Origin: Balanoglossus misakiensis | Lineage: Eukaryota > Animalia > Hemichordata | Assembly (NCBI GenBank): GCA_040954595.2 | Contig: CM082598.2 | Coordinates: 4,148,607-4,212,606, forward strand | DNA: 64,000 bases | Direction of reading: 5' to 3' | Part shown: positions 31,956 to 44,053 of the stretch, piece by piece | How the letters are laid out: each line of letters begins with the position of its first letter | Position numbering within the stretch: the stretch's first letter is position 1 | Notes under the pieces: generated by a model | Databases searched by the model: none | The model's input: only the letters and a program-made list of their open reading frames with translations | Told to the model about the DNA's origin: nothing | Translations under genes and position numbers: made by a program

Positions 31956-34900
31956 CTGGAGGAAAGAATACACAAACCGTATTTACTAAACACGTGATTG
32001 AATTACGCCCTCTGTGGTCAAAATGTTCACGACCGAAGTTGTTTTGTTTTCATGCATGGCCACGCAGGTATGCGACGACCTAGAATGACCAAGCTGTCGG
32101 CTTGGGCGAACAAAGCAAACATGTACTGGGTTGAAACGTCTTTGCGTTAATGGAGCTACTCTAAGCGTTAATAAAATCAAGGCCGTGGAAAGTATATCCG
32201 CCCGCTATGTATAAAAAGGCAGACGAGGGCATTAAATGTCGCGCATCGTTAATGGCCAAAGATGTCAGTAGCACCACTCTACTGTCTATGTTATAGCTAA
32301 ATATTCAATGACTATAAGGAGCAATAATAAAGAGGTCGAGGTGGAAATATTTTAACCAGCTGACAGTCTGTGGATTGGTCAGTTTCGTGTCCCACTAATC
32401 GATCCACGCTACGGCAAGCACGATGAATAACCACTCTTTACTGACCAAAATGTTAATGTGGGAAGCATTGTCATTAATTGTTGACAATGGACGACTAAGT
32501 TCGGTACGGTCACTCCAGTGGAGGAGTGACCCATGACCTGTGGTGTGAAGGTAACATCATTTCTAAAAGACCACCTTTTGTGTCGAGTAACGAAGAGGGC
32601 GTTACGCAACAGTCGGGTTGATTGTTTCACATTGTAATACCAAAATGCAGTTGTCGGCATCCAAGTTATTCCAATCAGAGGGGAAAGTGCGGTATGCAGT
32701 CACGTATTACATGTAAAAGCAACTGTTTATCGTGCAATGGCAGGGCTGAAAGATTTTGCTTAGCTATTCAATACCGTGTTTACACAAGTACAAGGGTCTA
32801 TATATCATGTCGGCACTTTCTTCTGTTTTGTTTCTGAAGTTCACCGTGGATGTTTATGGAAATGGAAATGTCTCTCTTGAGAATTGAAACCCACAAGTGC
32901 GTTCACACGATGCTGGTTTTCTGCAAGTTTGTCAAAGTACCTATACACGCGAGATTCTAACCTGAATGTAGTTGGCAACCGATAGACCACAGGGAAGTCC
33001 GGTGCCGCTACGTCCCATACCCCGTGAGTCGAGTAACAGTACAATGGGGGTGGGGGAATAATGCCTGTCCCTACGGGGAGGGCCATTGTGGGCAATCAAC
33101 ACCGTCGGTGGACGCAGGCACGCACCACGCGTTCGGTACTTTCGCAGAATTAGCGAGACTCCGGGAACAGAGGAAGTAGTTGGGGTACACATTTCCCGCA
33201 TGCAGTGTAAATATCGACCAGGGTCAGTGAAAGGGTTCAAACCCGCGGCCGGCCATGACATGCCACCCACCCACCCGCCCCAACGAAGCACCGCGGGTCA
33301 GATTGCTCACACTGTGGTACAGATCTTTCAACGTTCTAGTGTTCGGTCCTGCTTTGAACGCGTAAGGAAAACAAACCCCGATCTTACCGTAAATATTGAG
33401 CTCGGCGAAAACTTCTAACGTGCAAGAAAAGACAGCTCTCGACTGTTAAAGTGAACAAGTGGTAGATATGTGTCAACAGCCAGCGGACGTGTTTTAAATC
33501 TAGGGCGTGCCAATGGTGAAAGTGCATATGATTTGCATATAAATACAACATTCCTCTGTGATCGACAGGGCGCTAAGTGACTTCGACGCGGATTGCACCT
33601 ATGAAGTCTTCGTGAGCCGGGTGCATTGTGGGACTCAGAAATGATGGCACTCATTTTGGCGGGAATTTTTTTCGCGCCTTTGACCAGTGACGTCACATAT
33701 ATGCAAATTTTCAAAGCTGCGAGTCAGCTCATTAAAATCCGCACGGAATTTTCCAAAGATTTCGGAATTTTACAAATGTTAACTTTTCAGAGCCGCTAGC
33801 ATGTCGAAATCGTACAGGTGGTTTTCAAAAAGCAAAATGTGGAAGTTTTATATGGTGATCTCAAACGGTGGTTTGTTTTTTAGAAAAAAGTACGGTTATT
33901 TGTATTCTCATCGGTGACTTGCATATTTCTATCCAATATCGGCAAAAGTGGTTAAAATTAAGCGAGTTCGGAAGTTTTGAAAATACTCGGAGCCAAAAAT
34001 CCATAGAAAAGTCAAAGCAATGATACGAGGAGATTTTGCGCGTGAAAAAGCGCGTGCAGCAAAAGCAACCAAAGCGCGCTCTGAATCCTTCGGTATTGCT
34101 AACAACTTTTTAGCCATTTTACTTTAACACAAACAGTTTAACACAAAGGGTGCAAAGACTTAGCCTACTTTCTCTATTCGGATTTTCCAACTAGAAACTT
34201 TCGTCTTCTTCCAAAACGGGAATTTTCGGATCACAACGTACACCGCTCTTGATGTTCTTCCATTTCACGAATATAACTGCGGGGAATCCTTAACTCTGGC
34301 CGCAGATTGTTCTCTTCCTGTTAATTTCCCAACTGAACAATGGAGGACGAAAACCGCGTACAATGTGTTGCTTGTATTCCTGTAAGAAATGAAAAAAATG
34401 GAAAGGATCAGTTTAGATATTTCCATAGAAGTCAAAACCACACAGGACAAAGATCTTATTCTGCCTCAAATGCGGTAACTGTCACTTATCAAATTCGAAC
34501 ATCAATACAGTCCAAATGACAGAAATCCGCGCCAAAATCGTCTTTCTTGTCAATTCAACTACTTGCTAGTGGAAAAGTGTGAATTTGGCGCGATGGTGCT
34601 TACAACGGAAAGATAAAAGTTCGCGCCATCGAACCTCACCCAAACCCGCGAACCACGTCCTAATTTGTCGATCATATCTATATGCAACGCGCTTAAAATC
34701 AAGCAAAGCAAAATCGACGCGGAAATAAGGGCTAGTTTAATGTAGCAAGGACTGGCAATAGTATAAACTGTTGAAGTACATACCTGTTGTCGATGTGATG
34801 TGCTTTTGGGGTGGCTAAACTTCAACTGCTGCGATGTTGTCACGTAGGCGCTGTCACTCACAATGATGAAGACTTCTCCTGTCAAAATGCACTGTGGCTT

Positions 34901-36363
34901 GATTTGCATATTATAATTATGACATCATAGATTGTAGACACGTGATTACAAAACATCAGCCAATAGATTCAAACATGGGGCCAACCGCCACTACTGAACA
35001 CCTTGTGTGAAGAATTCTCACTATGAAGGCTGCGCATTGTCAATGACACCTGTGTCGCTTACGAAACGGTTGAATTTGCCGCCATATTCAAATTTTAGCG
35101 TCATTCTCGTCACAGCAACAGGCTGAGTGTAATAGGGTCCAAAGCGATGATAAAATGATCTGCGAAAAGGGTCAAACATCAGGCCAAGCGTCACTTATCA
35201 ACACTTTTCGTGAACTATTCTCACTAGGATTGCTGTGTATTGTCAATGACACCTGGTTTCTCTGGTAGGTAAACAGCATACCCCCGTTGATTTTATCGGT
35301 TCATCATACCCAACATTGAATGGTACAGCCCACGGAATGCTCTCACAGGGGGGCGCCATTTTATAATCTAACAACCACTTACTGCGCAAGTGCGCAAGTG
35401 ACGTCGCATTGTATGACGTCACGCTTACGTCGCACTACATGTATTTGTGTTTATGAAAATATATGGGTACGTACCCATAACATGTATTTGTTAACACCAT
35501 GGCAACTCACCAAGTCACTTATGGTTTATTTTATTTTGGCAAGTAAAGCATTATACAAACAAAAAGTTAGGAGTTTTATGCTACAAAGTAAATTGTCATT
35601 ATCGTCAATGTCACCTGGGTCTCGTTGAAGTTTATTGAGATGACGAAGTCTTCGTCTAAAAACCGTTCGCGTCTCGTCATCATGATTCTCCGCGGGGTTG
35701 ACCCAGCATGTATTTGCATACAGTGATTGTATGTATATACTTCCACGAAGGAGAAATTGCGTTCGACGAACTATGGGTCGATCAGAGGGCACATAGTGTG
35801 ACAGCGAGCGGCATTTCCTTCGCCATGCCTGAATTAAAATGCCCGAATTAAAAATGACATTTTTGGAGTATCATCATAGAATTCCTGTTGATGAGATTTG
35901 TTTCTTCTGATATTTTCTTGGTGACTTTTGTTTGTTGCGAGTGACATGCTAGTCCATTTGAAACAAAAACGAAAACCGCGTGTGTTCACTATCTTGTTTT
36001 CATAAAAATGACCAATTTATATAATAATGTTCTCCAAGGATTAAAAAGAGATTGGCGGCCATTTTGAATTTCAATTTTGAGGAAATATGCTCTGTAAAGT
36101 CTCGTACACAACTTTGCACACTGAGCCCAATTTCTCTTATCGATTTTAAGCGAGAATAATCGACAATTGCCTTGAGGAGAATGTGAGATAGAGATTAGGA
36201 CTTTTCGAGACTCATATTATGTGACGTATACTAGTAGTAACCCCTCCCAACCAAACAAGCACCACCCTACAGATTTTGTCCCAAACAACTTATACCATAG
36301 TGGACAAAGAGCCTACAATATTTTGATTACTTTCTAACATATAAGGCTAAGTATGTCTAGTCT

Positions 36364-36454
36364 ATTCGACTGGGACCAAAATTGTCCGGACAAGGGTCGG
36401 CCAGACCTTGCTAGGACAAGGGCCTAGCCTTTTTTGAGTAATGTGAACGGCCTA
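36364..36454 (+). repeat. Dispersed repeat (transposon end) shared with 63050-63174
   Basis: ATTCGACTGGGACCAAAATTGTCCGGACAAG...AATGTGAACGGCCTA occurs at both sites. Confidence 0.85.
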
Positions 36455-38884
36455 TAAGTTTAGACGGCCCAGTCCAGAAGACTGGCCCCTGGAATTGGCC
36501 CCTGGATAAGCTTTGTGCAGTGCAATTCTGTGAAAACTATCTATAATTGACCTGTGCAGGATGTGGCAGGCATATCGACATCAGGCAGGATTTTCCGTAA
36601 TCTTAGACTTGTTTATTTGAGAGTGTAGGAGATAAATGGATCGCTCTTTGACATTAATGTTCTGTTTTTCGGAACCAGGAACGCATTTCCTTCCTTATTT
36701 GGTTAGAATGAAAGTTCAAAACTTCTGCTTATTCCCACTTAATATTCACGGAGATAGATTATACCACACATCGCTGGTAAGTCGCTCACAAGAAAGATTT
36801 GACTTTCATCCCGATTTTGTGACTATCATAACTGCGAATGTGAATAGAGGTATGTAGTCTTTTTTGCACTGGTCGGTAATCTTAGATCGCCGTAATAATG
36901 TATTCTACTGAACCTTTCATACCGCGAGCATTCTTGCTGTCTGGTGTCTTGCTATTTCAATTTTAACGTAATATTCGATATGCAAAAATCAATCTCTGAG
37001 ACCAGTCGCTGATCTGGTGACCGGAATTACAGTATTTTAGCGACGGGTCTTTTAATCACGTTCACGCAAAATTAATAGCTGTAACTTTTCGCTATGGTTT
37101 CAATATTTTCGTTTTGTGTATCTACTGCAGCAGTTCAAAAGCGTGATGAAATGCCCAGTATTTAGCTTAGTAACACATCCTACACGTGTAGGCATTGTCA
37201 ACATTGTTATCGTGCAAATTTTTAATTCAATTCTGGACTAAATTTATATTTCAACAAATATAATAACCGTTACATGCATGTGTATTCATAGTACTCTCGC
37301 GGAATTGCTAGGTCAATGCCGCACATAAGGCTCATATCTCATGAAAAGTGATGACTTTTTCCTGATTCTCAGACTGAGACACCCTATAGCGGGCAAAACT
37401 GTCAATTTCCCACGATTTGGGGCGGAGATTGTATCACGTGGGCTTGTTGCACGTATTAGTGACTTTCCCGCGCCATCCAAAGCAGACGAGACATGGCGGT
37501 TGAACTGTGAGCATCCTGCTCTCGGTTGTGATGATCTGAATTCGTACTTTACCTCTATCTTTCTTATATTCTCGTTCAAACCTTTCTCCACGTCTGTGGG
37601 AACACTTTGTCTGGAACCTCTGAGAGGTTTAGTTGTCTACGGATCGTAATTCCGAGGTTTTTCTTGGTATTTGTGTGAGTGCAACACTCAGGTCGGTCGG
37701 TTAGCAGTTTATACTGCATCCCTAAGCACACGTTTTGCCGTGGGCAAGGTGTATACCGAACCAGGACTTGTAACGGACCGGTCTACGTCGTCAATGCTCG
37801 ATGTTGAGTTGGCTGTCTGGTCCAAGGTTCGTCATTCACTGAGGCTTGACAATTTTCGGACCTCCGTTACATTGGTGGGAGCGGTAGATGTGATTTGTGC
37901 TGCTCGTTCGTTCAGTCTGCGTTTCGCAGCTGTGGACTTTCTTTGGGTGTTGCTTCCGTTGTTCTTATACATTGTTGCTATTTTGTTGAATAGCGTTATC
38001 GATTTTTTTGGTTAGTGTACCTCGCACGTGCACTGTGCGTGGTAGAATGGAGAATTTCGTTGACTTTGCTCCAGTGATCTCTCTCTGGCTACGTGACAGT
38101 ATATATTATAATATAGACGTCATAATGCCATGGTCACTAATCCTCAAATCGACTATTTTTGTTTAGTGTACCTCGCACGTGCAGTGGAACTATGGACAAT
38201 TTCGTTGGCAGTGAAAATAATTTCCCACAAGGCGAACAAACAGGAGTTGATAAAACTCCAGGTCGGTCTCAGGAGGCGTCAAATGTTCATCAACCTGATG
38301 ATTTTATACATTTGCCGCCAATTATGTCACCTGATGGGGAAGTGATCGCGAGAGTCAACTTCTTCTTCTCTAGGGAGAGCGAGGCAAACAAAATATGCTC
38401 ACTCCCTGTGCAGGCTGCGATGCACCTACGCCAATTGCTCAAAGCCGCGTATCAATCATGGGCACAGGCGAAGTATGCTATAGTATTGGGTCTGTAATTT
38501 CTGATGATGGTAGTGATTCTTTTATTGGCAAGTCTGATCGTCGCCAGGCAACTGGTGAACATCCGGTTATTGCAAAGGCTGGTGATGACTTCTGTAGCAG
38601 CGATCCAGAATCCATTCGGATGATGTTGATTGATGTGAATATACATGGTATTACACATAAATATTTAGTTAATACCGGTTGTACGCACTTAATAATTAAT
38701 TTCTAAGGAATTTTTCCACCTCATTTCGGAAAAAGAGCGTCCTCAAATGATTGTTTTGGGCAATTACCTTATACATTGCTTTACAAGTGTTTTTCCTTTA
38801 GAAACGACATTTGGATGATGGCGAGTTTTTATGCATTCATTTTCAGATCGTCGAAGGCGAAATAAAATCTAGAAGTTGATGACA

Positions 38885-39375
38885 ATGGATCGATTCCAAG
38901 AAACCATATTAATAATTACATTGGCGTTTCTCGGAACCAGTGCAGGAAATGGTAGGATCTTGTTTCTAAACCGAATCTTTTGATGCCGAAAGTGGAAATA
39001 AAATTAGGGTAGTCGGGTAATCGGAACAGCATATTTTTTTTTATTTGGCGTAAAAGAGAAAATATAAGCGAAAATACATTCTTTTCCTTTTCGAACAGAG
39101 TGTCCAAGAGTCCGGACACCAGCCAATGGTGTAACACATTTTCTGACGTCAGATGGTCGCCAGAGGCAAAGTTTTCCCGAACATTACGTCATCAGATTTG
39201 CTTGCCTTCCTGGCTTCCGATTGATTGGTTCCAACGAGATGTACTGCACGCCGTCAGGCAGATGGACTGGTACTCCTCCCGTATGCCAAGGTACAGGAAT
39301 ACGTCTGTCTGTCTGTCATGTACGTCTGTCTGTCTGTCTGTCTTTTTCTTTCTTTCTTTGCTTTCTCTCCTTCCT

Positions 39376-39419
<44 letters not shown>

Positions 39420-39552
39420 TCATGTGTTTGTTTGTTTGTTTCCTTCCTTCCTTCCTTCCTTCCTTCCTTCCTCCCTCCCTTTCTTTGTTCTTTCCTGCAT
39501 TCATTCATTCATTCATTCATTCTCTGTTCTCTCTTTCCTTTCTTCCTATTTA

Positions 39553-39593
<41 letters not shown>

Positions 39594-39615
39594 TTCTTTC
39601 TTTGCTTTCTCTCAT

Positions 39616-39703
<88 letters not shown>

Positions 39704-41986
39704 GTGTTTGTTTGTTTCCTTCCTCCCTTTATTTGTTCTTTCCTGCCTTCATTCATTCATTCATTCATTCATTCATTCATTCATTCATTCATTCGTTCAT
39801 TCATTCATTCTCTGTTCTCTCTTTCCTTCCTTCCTTCCTTTCTTTCTTTCTTTCTTTCTTTCCTCCCATCCTGCCTTCTGGCCGTGTTTTGTTCCATTTC
39901 TGTGGTCATAGACAAAGGACAAACACTGATCATATAACACCACAGTGCAGCGAGGTAAGATTTATACTGCTGCAAGTATGAGTCCAGTAAGATGCTATCA
40001 AATTGAATTGTTTTGACACACACAGTGTCTGTCCTCCAGCTAGCGTTTCATTATCAAACACACTTTCTATTAAAGGTCTTCCCTGCAATCAACCCATTCC
40101 ACCGGATGATGGATTTATACGGAACTTGCACCGCTCCTATCCCGCCGGAAGTCAAATTCGCTTCAAATGCAATCCCGGATTCGTCTTAGAGGGAGCTACG
40201 AGAACAACTTGCCACGCTGGGCACTGGAACACACCATCTCCTGTTTGTACAAGTAAGAAGTTTCGATATGTTTGAAAAGGGATATAACGTTGACATTGAA
40301 CTGAAAATGCCGGCCCCCAGTGTTTCATTCAGGATATTGTATGAACAGGGGGAGATACTGTAAAACACTTTATTTTCGCGAGCAATTAATTTTCGCCAAA
40401 TACGCGAGAGCCAAAATAGCGGGAAAATAAAAAGTCACGTAAATTGTTTTTGAAGATAACGATGCAGTGAATGAAATAAGAGAACGCGAAAATTAATACT
40501 CGCGAAACAGTGGCCTCTCTCGATATTGCGAAAAATTTAACTTGCGAAGTGTTTTACAGTGTGTCCCCCTCTGCCAGAATATTTGAGGGGGATTCCAATC
40601 TGGCAAGGGGGGACTGTAATATCTTCAACATATGAATGACATTATTTTAAGGGGCACTGGTCCCCCCCTTGACAAATTGCTAGGGGGTGCCATCATGTCA
40701 ATAGGGGTGAATCCCCCCCCCCATCTAGATCAAACACTCCTATTGGAGTTTTGCTGTGCATTTTTCTAACCCACTTTCCCCGCCTCTTGTTCTAGTTGAT
40801 GTCACGTGTCCTGACCCCGACGCGCTGGTAGAGGGCAGCGGACTCAGCGATGGGATACTGCAGTACCAGTCGCGTACGAACGATACACGCTCAATGAACT
40901 CGGTCTACGTTGTTGGCAGCAGGCTGCAGTTTTCTTGCATCACCGGTTACAAGTTGGAGGGGGACAGCCAACTCACATGCTTGGAGAATGGAACCTGGTC
41001 GAGTGACATGCCACAGTGTGAAGGTGACTGGCTTTCTCATTACTAAGTGCTTACATTAAAGCGCGTAGCTCGTCTCACGCGCATGCGCGTAACTTCCCAG
41101 GAAATTTTCCCTGCAATGCATTCAAATAGTGGACTGCCTTCGCTTCCTTCCACATTTCATGCGCACCTAATAAGTAGATTCTGGTTTTGTCCCTCCTTTT
41201 CACCCAAGCTAGTGTCTTTTCCCGATCTCCGACACAGATTAAGGTCGCCGCCAGCTTGTGTGAGCACTGCCTTATGGGATTGACTGTTCACTGAACGTCT
41301 GTAACCAGCGGCTACAGTTAGAACATGCGTGTGAGACGAGCTATGCGCTTTAAAGATATACGGTCACCTATGCAAATTTAGCTACAGTTACCATGGCAAA
41401 TTGAGATCTAACCAATCACAGATTTTCAGTGGGTGGCACACGCGAAAAAAATAGCGCCACCATGTGTTCTTTAGGACACTTAAAACTCCGTTTCTGACAT
41501 ATATGGGCGTATGTAAATTGGAGGTGACTGTATACCTTTAAAGACTGCAGTAGTCAAATTGGCAAAGTTCGACGTTCGTATCTCTGGCTATTTCAGCTAT
41601 GTATGGCGATATGTGAATTGGAGGTGACTGAATACCTTTAAAACTCCACTGGCTGTAAGTTTTGCTATGTTTTTTTTTGCAGTTGTGTTTAGTGTGTCCT
41701 GTAGTTTCTTGTTCAAATCCCCGATACCAAAAACATGCCCACTATCCAGCTAATTAACACAATCTGCTTTAATCTGCTTTCTGCTTTCATAAGATTATGG
41801 CTGCCTGCCGCCCATGGAGGAGATCACCAACGGCAACTCAACCTCTGAAAACAGACTGTACGGTCATGGCGAGAAGATTGTATATCGATGCAACACCGGA
41901 TATTACGTCAGGGGAGACAGTTGGAGGCTTTGCAATGGTCGCTATGGAGTATGGAATGGAAGAACACCCACATGTCACAGTATGTA

Positions 41987-42017
<31 letters not shown>

Positions 42018-44020
42018 ATGTATGTATGTATGTATGTATGTATGTATGTATGTATGTATGTATGTACTATGTATGTATGTATGTAGGTATGTATGTACTG
42101 TAAAACTGGTTATTTTCGCGAAGGAAACATTCGCGATATCAAAAGAGGCAACTGTTACGCCAGGATTAATTTTTGCATTAATTTAATTTACTGCATCCAT
42201 TTTCATGTTTTTTTTGGCTCTCGCGTATTTTGCGAAAATTTATTGCTCGCAAAAATAACCCATTTTACAGTATGTATGTATGTATGTATGTATGTATGTA
42301 TGTATGTATGTATGTATGTATGTATGTATGTACGTACGTATGTACGTACGTATGTATGTATGTATGTATGTATGTATGTATGTATGAAAACATTCAGTGT
42401 CTTTTTTTCTTCCAGAAATTCGATGTCCGACTCCTAGTGTGATTGAAAATGGCAGACGAACGGGTAACTCCTACAACATAGGTGACGTTGTGAATTTCCG
42501 TTGCTACGGTGGCTATCGTCTGCTGGGATCGGCAAGTCGTACCTGTATGGAAAATGGACGCTGGAATGGAACCCTGGCAGTCTGTGACAATGGAGGTAAA
42601 AGATGGTGTTGCTCGGATTATTTAATATGAGTAGGTCAGGTAATCGGAACAGCACATATTTTTTTCATTTGGCCTTATACATGCATGTATAGGGATAAAC
42701 TGTGTTACCGCCATCTTGAAAATTTGCAGTGCATTGTGGGTAAAATTAGTTCCGGTTGGGGGGGAGTAGCGTCTACAATCTATCCAATTTTCCAGCGGTT
42801 TTGTCAGAATTTCTTCAAGTTACGTTAGTAGTAGTAGTTACATGAAGAAAATCTGACTGAACCGCTGGAAAATGGATAGATTGTAGACGCTACTCCCCCC
42901 CAACTGGAACTAATTTTACCCACAACGCACTGCAAATTTTCAAGATGGCGGTAACACAGTTTATCCCTATATATGTTATTTAGCCACCCATTGTCCGAAT
43001 CCGGGAATTCCCATGAACGCACGAAAAAATGGACGAGGGTACAACTTTGGGAACAAAGTCAGCTACACATGCAGCCATGGGTACCACCCAATGGGTTCAT
43101 CGAAGCGACATTGCCTCGCCGACGGTAGCTGGTCTGGACAGGAATTTACCTGTGAAGGCAAGTGACCAATACTGTAAAACACTTTATTTTCGCGAGCAAT
43201 ACATTTTCGCGAAATACGCTAGAGCCAAAAGAGCGGGAAAATAAAAAGTCTCGTAATTTTTTTTGAAGATAACGATGCAGTGAATGAAATAAGAGAACAA
43301 GAAAATTAATACTCACGAAACAGTGGCCTCTCTCGATATTGCGAAAATTCTAACTGGTGAAAATAAAGTGTTTTACAGTATTACTGGGTGTGTTTAGGCC
43401 AGTGCTCTACCCGAGTGATCAAAATCGCGCCCTCACTGTCAAAATATGACATATTGTTCTCATCACGTTCAAAAGAAACGAAAGAAACTTTGTTCCCAAC
43501 CTGGTGGTCGTGATCATCGTCGTCGCTACAAATATATCACTTTTTTTTATTATCTTGAAATTCTACAAGATGATATTATATTTTACATCAATGTACTCCC
43601 CCCCCCCCCCTCCCCCCAGCCAATGCGTTCAGTACAGTCCATGCCATTGGTTCGATTTGAAATCTGGTCACATGACTAATCTTAATGCCATTTTCACCCT
43701 CTCTATCCAATAGATCCCTACAGTTTCGACGATATAAACGAGGCGGCTATCAAACTGTTCCGGCAGGTGAATTCTCTGAAGCTGCAATCGAACCACATAC
43801 AGCCTCGCGGTAGAATCCTCAGCTTTGAAGAAGGGAGAGCCACATACATTTATTTCGCGTTTGACGCCTCTGGCAGTGTTGGGCGGGACAATTTCAACCT
43901 GGCGGTTAAGTTCGCTCAGCAACTTGTGCGACAGGTCTGTTTGTCTGTCTGTCTCTCTGTCTGTATGTATGTAGCGCTATGTACCTTATGTATGTATGTA
44001 TGTGTGTATGTATGTATGTA

Positions 44021-44053
<33 letters not shown>

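Noticed and set aside
33400-36250. Repeat-like intergenic sequence and short ORFs
   Set aside because: Probably old transposon remnants, but I could not define termini, a second full copy or a transposase from this window.
37380-37470. NF-kB-like sites upstream of the factor B-like gene
   Set aside because: Imperfect matches, and the TSS is unknown.
37794-38010. Hydrophobic + strand ORF as the factor B signal/anchor exon
   Set aside because: A conventional signal-peptide exon with ATG and phase-1 donor exists at 38885-38951.
38374-38472. 99-bp AG/GT-bounded candidate exon
   Set aside because: Open in all three frames with no recognisable product; it cannot be assigned and may be a 5' UTR exon.
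39100-39981. Long hydrophobic ORFs (293, 238 and 228 aa)
   Set aside because: Produced by the CTTT/CATT/GTCT microsatellite; only 39099-39290 is a real CCP exon.
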